DNA from: Carcharhinus amblyrhynchos
Taxonomy: Eukaryota
NCBI GenBank assembly: GCA_965287045.1
Contig: OZ336886.1
Coordinates: 38,936,001 to 39,000,000 of the forward strand
Reading direction: 5' to 3'
Length of the DNA stretch: 64,000 nucleotides
Below, one piece after another: positions 54,658 through 64,000 of this stretch. Each line of letters begins with the position of its first letter. Positions within the stretch are counted from its first letter, which is position 1. A program made the translations under genes and the position numbers. Under the pieces are notes generated by a model. That model made no database searches, was not told where the DNA came from, and saw nothing but the letters and a program-made list of their open reading frames with translations.

Positions 54658-55689
54658 GTGGAGAAGCGCGGGGAGTGTTGCATGCCCAGTGTGGAGAGGG
54701 CAGGAGACAGGTGGCAAACCCAGTATGAAGTAACACGGAATGAAGACAGAGATCCTAATGAGGAGCAGTAAAAGAGGAGACTGTTTAACTGAGTGTTGAG
54801 TGGAGTGGGGCATTTATCTGTGAACTTCTGTAATGCAACATCAGGCCAGAAAACTGATCCTAGATTACAACAGTGTTTTTGTAAGGAAATGAATAGCGAT
54901 CCCAGGGTAGAACAGCATGAGAGGATGGGCAGCAAATGCAGTGTGGACAGTTTGAGAGGGGAGTGCTGAACCCAGTCTGGAGCAGTATGAGAGGAGAGAG
55001 TTGAATCCAGCGTTGAGCAGCAAGGTTGGCGAACCAAGTGTAGAACAATGTGTTATCAGGAAAGTGAAAGAAGTGTGGAACAAGGCAGCAGCAATCTGGT
55101 ATGAAGCATCGCAGGAGCAGAGCGGTGGAGCCAGTACGGCGTGACAGGGGAGAAGATCTGCAAACTCTTTATAATGTGATGTCGGATATAAACAACGAGC
55201 CTATTTTCGAGTGGTGAAGCAGGATGGCAATGAACCCAGTGCGAGCAGATGGGAGAAGAGCAATGAAACCAGTGCAGAGCAATGTGAGAAGAGTACTGTG
55301 AGTTGAATATGGTGCAGCGCAGGAGAAGAGGAATAGTCTGGAGCAATGGAGGAAGAGAGAAGTGAACACAGTGATTGTGGGAGAAGAGCGAAGAAACCAG
55401 TGAGGCCCAGAGCAGGCAGAGTGTACATAACCCAGTCGAGCAATGCGCAGGGATGTCAAACCCAGTGTGGAGCGCCACGGGAGGAGAGTGAAGATCTCAG
55501 TTTAGAAGAACGTGCGAGGAGGTAGTGGGGCGATCCCAGTGTGGAGCAGCTGTGAGAAGAGCGGTGGAACCCTTTGAGTAGCACAGGAGCAGAGGGCTGA
55601 TCCCAGTGTGGAGCCATTTAGATGCATGACGATGAACCCAGTGTTGAGCAGTTCAGCAGGAAACCTGAGGCAGAGAAGCATGGGACGAG

Positions 55690-56980
55690 CATCTACAAGA
55701 GAAATGCAGGAAAAGCATCAACAATTTTACATGATCTTCTTTGATCTCGGAAGAGTCTTCAACGTTGTCTGTGCTGAGAGATTATGGGGAACTATGCTCT
55801 GTGTTGGCTGCCCCAATGGTCACCATTATCCACCTGCTTCACAATGACACGTAGGCCATGAGCCTGACCAACGGATCCACCACAAATCCAATTTATACCA
55901 ATACTGTTCTCAATCTTGCTTCCTACATTGCACCATCTCAGCCCAGAAAGCTGCCAGTGAAATAGGGCTAAATTACAGATCAAACAACAATCTGTTCGGC
56001 ATCCAATAGGTGCTGGCATGATCCAGGGTCGTCCCATCTTGTCATGGAACTGTATTTGGAAACAATGATTGTGCTTGTGCACAACTGGAGGCCAAGCTCC
56101 GAACCATGGTCAACACTTTCACCAAGATGTATGAGAGCGTGGGCCTTTCACTAAATATCCAGAAGACAATGGTCCTCTTCCAACCTCCCTCGTCATACAG
56201 ATTTGTTGCCACCAAAACCGGTCTTCAAAATCAACAACATGTTCTTGGAAAATGTGGACTACATTCCATAACGTGACAAGTCACAACGGCAGACAACAAC
56301 AACAAGCTTCAACACTGTCTTCAGTGTGCCAATGCAGCCTTCTGTCACCTGAGGGTGTGTTTGAAGATCAGGAACTCAGACAAGCACAAAGCTCATGGTC
56401 TACAGGGTCCTAGTGTTACAACCCTCTGTATGGCTCAGAGACGTGGACTCTGTACTGCAGGCACCTCAAACCTGGAGAAATCGCTGCAGTGCTGCCACTG
56501 CAAGATCCAGCAAATCCATTGGCAGCAAAGGCGCACAACGTCAGTGGTATCGCTCAGATCAATCTCCTGAGCATCGAAGCACTGACCAGGCTGAGTCATC
56601 TCTGCTGGGCTGGCCACATCACCATGTCAGACAGGAGTCTCCCAAAGCAATTGCTGTACTCAGAGCTTTCATACAGCAAGCCCCAGGAGGGTAGAGAAAA
56701 TGCATCAAGAACATCCTGAAAACTTCTTTAGAATTTACAACACTGTCACTGACCCCAAAGAATCCCATGCTCAAGACTGCTTGAAGTGGATGAAAAGCAT
56801 CTGAGGCGGAGCTGAACACCTTGATCTTCATCACTGAGAGCAAGCAGAAGCCAAGGTTCATCAGGAGAAGGAGCACAGAGCAACCCACGCACTCAGCAGG
56901 TACCCCTCCGTAATAGAGATCGTAGACTGTCATTAGACTGCTCCATCAGCTGTGAATTTATTTTAAGTGTTGTTGCAAGT
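55690..56980 (+). mobile_element. RTE LINE fragment, variant A (copy 26)
   Basis: The 5' part matches copy 23 at +6695; the 3' part resembles the copy 3/10 subtype. Confidence 0.9.
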
Positions 56981-57962
56981 GTGGAGAAGCGCAGGTGGAG
57001 TGTGGCATTGCCCAGTGTGGAGCAGTGTGGAAGGGTGGCAAACCTTGTATGTCTTAGTGTGGGATGAGGACAGTGATCCAAATGAAGAGCAGTGAGCTTG
57101 ATCAGAGTTGTGGGGGGCTGGTTAGTGGCAAACTTGTATCACGCAACATGTGTCCAGACAGCCAATCTCAGTGTACAATGGTGATTTTGTAAAGAGGTGA
57201 GTGATAAACCCAGGGTAGAATATCATAAGAGGATAGCGGCACAAGAGAAGAAGGAGGAAACCAGTTTGCAGCAGAGCACGAGGACAGCAGTCAACCTCTT
57301 CTGGAGCAGCACAAGAGGAGAGAGATGAATCCAGTGTGAAGCAGCAAGATTGGAAAACCAGACAATGTGTTATCAGGAAGGCAAAAGCAGTCTGGAGCAG
57401 GTTGGGTGGAATCAGCAGCCCAATATGAAACATTGCAGGAGCGGTGAACCTATTATGCCAATGTGGAACATAAATGATGGGCCCAGTTTTGAGTGGTGCC
57501 CGAGAAGAGCAATGGATCCAGTGTGAGCAGCATGGGAGAAGAACATGAAACCAGTGTACAGCAATGTGAGAAGAGTACAGCAAATTGAATATTGTGCCTC
57601 GCAGAAGCGCATGATAAATCCAGTCTGGGGCAGCGAAGGAGAGAGGTGAACACAGTATGGATCATTGTGGGAGAAGAGTGAAGACTCTAGTGTGGACCAG
57701 TCCAGGCAGAGTGCAGTGAACCCAGAGGAGTAGTGCACATGGATGGAGAACCAACTATGGAACAGTGTCGGATGTGAGCAGAGGTCCCGTTTAGAAGGAG
57801 GTAGGAGAAGGAGGAATGGTGATCCCAATGCGGAGCAGTATGTGAGGTGAGTAACGATCCCAGTGAGGTGGCATGTGGATGCATGACAACGAACCCAGTG
57901 TTGAGCAGCACAGCAGCAAGCCCAGGATGCAGCTGTGAGGGAGGAGCAATTAAACCGAGCAG

Positions 57963-59129
57963 CAACTGCAAGGGAAATTCAGGGAACAGCACCAACCCTC
58001 GTGTATGACATTCTTTAATCTTGCAAGAGCCATCAACATTGTCAATCCTGAGGGATTATGGAGCACACTCCATTTCAGCTGCCCCAAATGTTTGTCACAT
58101 TTCTCCAGCTGCTCCACAATGACATGCAAGCCTTGATCCTGACCAATGGATCCACCACAGATCAAATTCGCTTTGGAAATGAGGTCGTGAAATTCTGCAT
58201 CATCACACCAACGCTCTTCTCAATTTTGCTTCATGCACACTCTGATCTCACACTCAACAACCTGCCACTGGATTAGAGCTAAATTACAGAACAAACGACA
58301 ATCTATTCAGTGATCCATACATGCCGGCCTGATCCAAACTCGTCCTATCCTCCTGTCAGTCAACTACGTATAGCAAATAATGATCGTGACTGCGCAAAAT
58401 TGGACGCCACGCTCCAAACCATGGTCAACACCTTTTCCAAAATGTACGAGAGATGTACATAAATATGCTGTCGCCTGAGGAAGTGTTTGAAGATCAGGAA
58501 CTCAGTCAAATAACAGGGCTCATGGTCTACAGTGCAGTAGTGTTACTGCGCATCTCTATGGCTCAAATGTTGATTATGTACAGCAGGCACCTCAAAACCC
58601 TGGAGAAGTAGCACCAGTGCTGCCTCTGGATGATCCTGAAAATCCATTGATAGCATAAACACACACCAACGCTCTTCTCAATTTTGCCACTGGACAATGG
58701 TCACATTCAGGCCAATGTCCCAGCATTGAAGCATTGACCCAGCTGATTCCACTCTGCTGGGAACACCATATCGCCAAATGTCTGACACGAAACACCCAAA
58801 GCAAATGCTGTGCTTGGAGCTTTGATATTGCAAGCAAGTCCCATCGGAGCAGGAAAAATGCATCAATAACACCCCAAAAACGTCCTCAAAACTTAGAACA
58901 ACCCCACTGATAGCAGGGAATCCCTTGCGCAAGACCACTTAAAACGGATGAAAAGCATTGAAAAGGAGCCAAGAGCAAGCGGAAGTCGAGTGGTGTCAGG
59001 GAAGGAGTGCATACTGATCCACTCACACACCCACTCCTCTATTCCATATCTGTCCCCCATGATAGAGATGGTAAGCTGTCATTAGACTGTTCCGCCATCT
59101 GCGAAATTATTTTGAGTGTTGCAGTAAGT
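57963..59129 (+). mobile_element. RTE LINE fragment, variant B (copy 27)
   Basis: B diagnostics; private 22-bp deletion near 58969 (aaggagc|caagagc). Confidence 0.9.
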
Positions 59130-60155
59130 GTGGAGAAGCGCGGGGAGTGTTGCATGCCCAGTGTGTAGAGGGCAGGAGACAAATGGCAAACCCAGTATGA
59201 AGTAACACGGAATGAGGACGGTGATCCTAACGAGGAGCAGTAGCAGCGGAGAGTGTTTAACTGAGTGTTGAGTGGGGTGTTCATCGCTGAACTTGTATAA
59301 TGCAACATAGGACCAGAGTATTGATCCTAGACTACAACAGTGTTTTAGTAAGGAGATGAATAGTGAACCCAGGGTAGAACAGCATGAGAGGATGGCAGCA
59401 AATGCAGTGTGGAGCAGTTTGAGAGGGGAGTGCTGAACCCAGTCTGGAGCAGCATGAGAGGAGAGAGTTGAATCCAGTGTTGAGCAGCGAGGTTGGTGAA
59501 CCAAGTGTAGAACAATGTGTTATCAGGAAACTGAAAGAAGTATGGAGCAAGGCATCAGCAATCCGGTATGAAGCATCGCAGGAGCAGAGCGATGGAGCCA
59601 GTACGGCGTGACAGAGGAGAAGATCTGCAAACTCTTGATAATGTGATGTGGGATATAAACGACCAGCCTATTTTCGAGTGGTGAAGCAGGACAGCAATGA
59701 ACCCAGTGCGAGCTGATAGGAGAAGAGCAATGAAACCACTGCGGAGCAATGTGAGAAGAGTACTGTAAGTGAAAATGGTGCACTACAGGAGAAGAGGAAT
59801 AGTCTGGAGCAATGGAAGAAGAGAGAAGTGAACACAGTGATCATGGAAGAAGAGCGAAGAAACCAGTGAGGTCCAGCGCAGGCAGAGTGTAGTGAACCCA
59901 GTCAAGCAGTGCGCAGGGATGTCAAACCCAGTGTGCAGCACCACGGGAGAAGAGTGAAGATCTCAGTTTAGAAGAATGTGGGAGGAGGTAGTGGGACAAT
60001 CCCAGTGTGGAGCAGCTGTGAGACGAGCGGTGGAACCCTTTGAGTAGCACAGGAGCAGAGGGCTGATCCCAGCGTGGAGCCATTTGGATGCATGACGATG
60101 AACCCAGTGTTGAGCAGTTCAGCAGGAAACCTGAGCTGGAGAAGCATGGGACGAG

Positions 60156-61444
60156 CAACTACAAGAGAAATGCAGGGAAAGCATCGACAATTTTACATGA
60201 TCTTCTTTGATCTCGGAAGAATCTTCAACGTTGTCTGTGCTGAGAGATTATGGGGAAGTATCCTCTGTGTTGGCTGCCCCAGTGGTCACCATTCTCCACC
60301 TGCTTCACAATGACACGTCGGCCAAGAGCCTGACCAACGGATCCTCCACAAATCAAACTAACCCAATACTATTCTCAATCTTGCTTCCGACATTGCACCA
60401 TCTCACCCCCTGAAAGCTGCCAGTGAAATAGAGCTAAATTCCTGAACAAACAAGAATCTGTTCAGCATCCAACAAGTGCAGGCCTGATCCAGGGTCATCC
60501 CATCTTGTCATGCAACTGTATTTGGAAACGATGATTGTGCTTGTGCACAATTGGAGGCCAAGCTCCGAACCATGGTCAACACTTTCTCCAAGATGTATGA
60601 GAGCGTGGGCCTTTCACTAAATATCCATAAGACAATGGTCCTCTTCCAACTTCCCTCGTCATACAAAACTGATGCCACCAAAGCCAGTCATCAAAATCAA
60701 CAACATGTTCTTGGAAAATGTGGACTACGTTCCATAACGTGACAAGTCACAATGGCAGACAACAACAAACTTCAACACTGTCTTCAGTGTGCCAACGCAG
60801 CCTTCTGTCACCTGAGGATGTGTTTGAAGATCAGGAACTCAGACAAGCACAAAGCTCATGGTCTACAGGGTCCGAGTGTTACAACCCTCTATATGGCTCA
60901 GAGACGTGGACTCTGTACAGCAGGCACCTCAAACCCTGGAGAAATCCCTCCAGTGCTGCCACTGCAAGATCCTGCAAATCCATTGGCAGCAAAGGCACAC
61001 AACGTCAGTGGTATCGCTCAGATCAATCTCCTGAGCATCGAGGCACTGACCAGGCTGAGTCATCTCTGCTGGGCTGGCCACATCACCACGTCAGACAGGA
61101 GTCTCCCAAAGCAATTTCTGTACTCACAGCTTTGATACAGCAAGCTCCAGGAGGATGGAGAAAATGCATCAAGTACATCCCGAAAACTTCTTCACAATTT
61201 ACAACACTGCCACTGACCCCAAGGAATCCCATGCCCAAGACTGCTTGAAGTGGATGAAAAGCATCTGAGAAGGAGCTGAACACTTTGATCTTCATCACTG
61301 AGAGCAAGCAGAAGCCAAACTTCATCAGGAGAAGGAGCATGGAGCAACCCACGCACTCACCCACTATCCCCCTGTAATAGAGATTGTACGTTGTCATTAG
61401 ACTGCTCCATCAGCTGTGAATTTATTTTAAGTGTTGTTGCAAGT
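60156..61444 (+). mobile_element. RTE LINE fragment, variant A (copy 28)
   Basis: Matches copy 15 at +27800. Confidence 0.9.
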
Positions 61445-62446
61445 GTGGAGAAGCGCAGGTGGAGTGTGGCATTGCCCAGGGTAGAGCAGTGTGGAAGGGT
61501 GGCAAACCTTGTATGTCTTAGTGTGGGATGAGGACGGTGATCCTAATGAAGAGCAGTGAGCTCAACTGAGTGTTGATCAGAGTTGTCGGGGGCTGGTTAG
61601 TGGCAAACTTGCATCACGCAACGTGTGTCCAGACAGCCGATCTCAGTGTACAATGGTGATTTTGTAGGAGGTGAGTGATGAACCCAGGGTAGAATACCGT
61701 AAGAGGATAGCGGCACAAGAGAAGAAGGAGGAAACCAGTATGCAGCAGAGCATGAGGACAGCAGTCAACCTCTTGTGGAGCAGCACAAGAGGAGAGAGAT
61801 GAATCCAGTGTGAAGCAGCAAGATTGGAAAACCAAGTGTAGAACAGTGTGTTATGAGGAAGGCAAAAGCAGTCTGGAGCAGGTTGGGTGGAATCAGCAAT
61901 CCAATGTGAAACATTGCAGGAGCGGTGAACCTAGTATGCCAATGTGGAACATAAATGATGAGCCCAGTTTTGAGTGGTGCCCTAGATGAGCAATGGATCC
62001 AGTGTGAGCAGCATGGGAGAAGAACATGAAACCAGTGTACAGCAATGTGAGAAGAGTACAACAAATTGAATATTCTGCCACGCAGCTAGAGCGTGATAAA
62101 TCCACTCTGGGGCAGCGAAGAAGGAGAGAGGTGAACACAGTATGGATCACTGTGGGAGGAGAGTAAAGAATCCAGTGTGGACCAGTCCAGGCGGAGTGCA
62201 GTGAACCCAGAGGAGTAGTGCACATGGATGGAGAACCCACTATGGAACAGTGTTGGATGTAAGCAGAGGTCTGTTTAGAAGGAAGTAGGAGAAGGAGGAA
62301 TGGTGATCCCAATGTGGAGCAGTATGTGAGCTGAGTAACGATCCCAGTGAGGTGGCATGTGGATGCATGACAACAAAACCAGTGTTGAGCAGCACAGCAG
62401 CAAGCCCAGGATGCAGCTGTGAAGGAGGAGCAACTAAACCGAGCAG

Positions 62447-63637
62447 CAACTACAAGGGAAATTCAGGGAACAGCACCAACCCTTGTGTATGACAGTCTTT
62501 CATCTTGCAAGAGCCGTCAACATTGTCAATCCTGAGGGAATATGGAGCACACTCCATTTCAGCTGCCCCAAATGTTTGTCACATTTCTCCAGCTGCTCCA
62601 CAATGACGTGCAAGCCTTGATTCTGACCAATGGATCCACCACAGATCAAATTCGCTTTGGAAATGTGGTCGTGAAATCCTGCATCATCACACCAACGCTC
62701 TTCTCAATTTTGCTTCATGCACTCTCTCATCTCACACTCTGCAACCTGCCACTGATTTATTGCTAAAATACAGAACAAACGACAATCTATTCAGTGACGC
62801 ACACATGCAGGCCTGATCCAAAGTCGTCCTATCCTCCTGTCAGTCAACTTCGTATAGCAAATAATGATCACGACTGCGCAAAATTGGAGGCCAAGTTCCA
62901 AACCATGGTCAACACCTTTTCCAAAATGTATGAGAGATGTACATAAATATGTTGTCGCCTGAGGAAGTGTTTGAAGATCAGGAACTCAGTCAAATACCAG
63001 GGCTCATGGTCCACAGTGCAGTAGTGTTACTGCCCATCTGTATGGCTCAGAAATGTTGATTTTGTACAGCAGGCACCTCAAAACCCTGGAGAAGCCGCAC
63101 CAGTGCTGCCTCTGGATGATCCTGAAAATCCATTGATAGCATAAACACACATCAACGCTCTTCTCAATATTGCCACTGGACAATGGTCTCACTCAGGCCA
63201 ATATCCCAGCACTGAAACATTGACCATGCTGAGTCAACTCTGCTGGGCACGCCATATCGCCAAATGTCTGACACGAGATACCCAAAGCATATGCTGTGCT
63301 TGGAGCGTCGATATTGCGAGCAAGTCCCATAGGAGCAGGAAGAATGCATCAATAACACCCTGAAAACGTCCTCAAAAGTTCGAACAACCCCACTGATAAC
63401 AGGGAATCCCTTGCACAAGACCATTTAAAATGGATGAAAAGCATTGAAAAGGAGTTGAACACCTTGATCTTCATTGCCAAGAGCAAGCGGAAGTCGAGCG
63501 GTGTCAGGAAAGGAGTGCATTGTGATCCACTCACTCACCCAATCCTCTATTCCATATCTGCCCCCTGTGATAGAAATTGTAGGCTATCGTTCGACTGTTC
63601 CGCCATCTGTGAAATTATTTTGAGTGTTGTAGTAAGT
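62447..63637 (+). mobile_element. RTE LINE fragment, variant B (copy 29)
   Basis: Matches copy 8 at +45667. Confidence 0.9.
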
Positions 63638-64000
63638 GTGGAGAAGCACGGGGAGTGTTGCATACCCAGTGTGAAGAGGGCAGGAGACAGGTGGCAAACC
63701 CAGTATGAAGTAACACGGAATGAGGACGGAGATCCTAATGAGGAGCAGCAGCTGAGGAGAGTGTTTAACTAAGTATTGAGTGGATGGGGCTTTTATTGGT
63801 GAACTTGTATAATGCAACAGAGGACCCCAGAACTGATCCTAGAGTAGAAGAGTGTTTTAGTAAGGAGATGAATAGTGATCCCAGGGTAGAACAGCATGAG
63901 AGGATGGCAGCAAATGCAGTGTGGACAGTTTGAGAGGGGAGTGCTGAACCCAGTCTGGAGCAGTATGAGAGGAGAGAGTTGAATCCAGCGTTGAGCAGCA
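63638..64000. repeat. Degenerate minisatellite spacer, Y type (partial, array continues)
   Basis: Collinear with 17971 onward. Confidence 0.85.

Larger units (their letters stand above)
1..64000. repeat. Tandem macrosatellite array, ~2.2-kb composite monomer (RTE-LINE fragment + degenerate minisatellite); runs off both window ends
   Basis: The anchor (gag)CAACTACAAG(A/G)GAAAT recurs 29 times at ~2.2-2.3-kb spacing (once at ~1.08 kb, because of a deletion). Near-identical translated ORFs recur throughout the track, and no unique sequence was seen. Confidence 0.97.

Noticed and set aside
959-63637. Functional reverse transcriptase or domesticated LINE gene
   Set aside because: Every copy has multiple stops and frameshifts, a degraded YADD region, internal deletions and no endonuclease domain or 5' region.
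1-64000. LTR-retrotransposon tandem with the spacer acting as LTR
   Set aside because: No TG...CA termini, PBS, PPT or gag/integrase remnants were seen, and the coding remnant is non-LTR RTE type.
1-64000. Tandem RNA-gene or histone cluster (5S, tRNA, snRNA)
   Set aside because: The monomer size is compatible, but I found no recognisable RNA-gene or histone sequence. An Rfam/tRNAscan search would settle it.
1-64000. Whole array as an assembly artefact
   Set aside because: Copies carry hierarchical, shared and private substitutions and indels, which fits real evolutionary history. Only the 9,018-bp pair merits read-level confirmation.

Overview
Non-coding eukaryotic (probably vertebrate) repetitive DNA with no credible gene. 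The whole 64 kb is one head-to-tail macrosatellite of ~2.2-kb monomers. Each monomer is a dead, 5'-truncated 3' fragment of an RTE-clade LINE (reverse-transcriptase C-terminal half plus C-terminal Cys/His motif, + strand, 1.15-1.29 kb) joined to a ~1.0-kb purine-rich block made of a very degenerate ~30-35-bp minisatellite (core GAACCCAGTGTGGAGCAG). I count 29 LINE fragments in three diagnosable variants (A x12, B x12, C x5). They are ordered AB AB AB ABC ABC AB AB A(del)BC ABC ABC AB AB, i.e. 4.5-kb and 6.7-kb higher-order units, and are overlaid by multi-kb duplications at offsets of 9,018, ~21,148, ~6,695, 22,376, ~27,800 and 45,667 bp. Several repair scars are readable, including a templated insertion, microhomology deletions and a candidate relic target-site duplication. 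All comparisons were made by eye and from the ORF track, so boundaries are approximate to a few bp.
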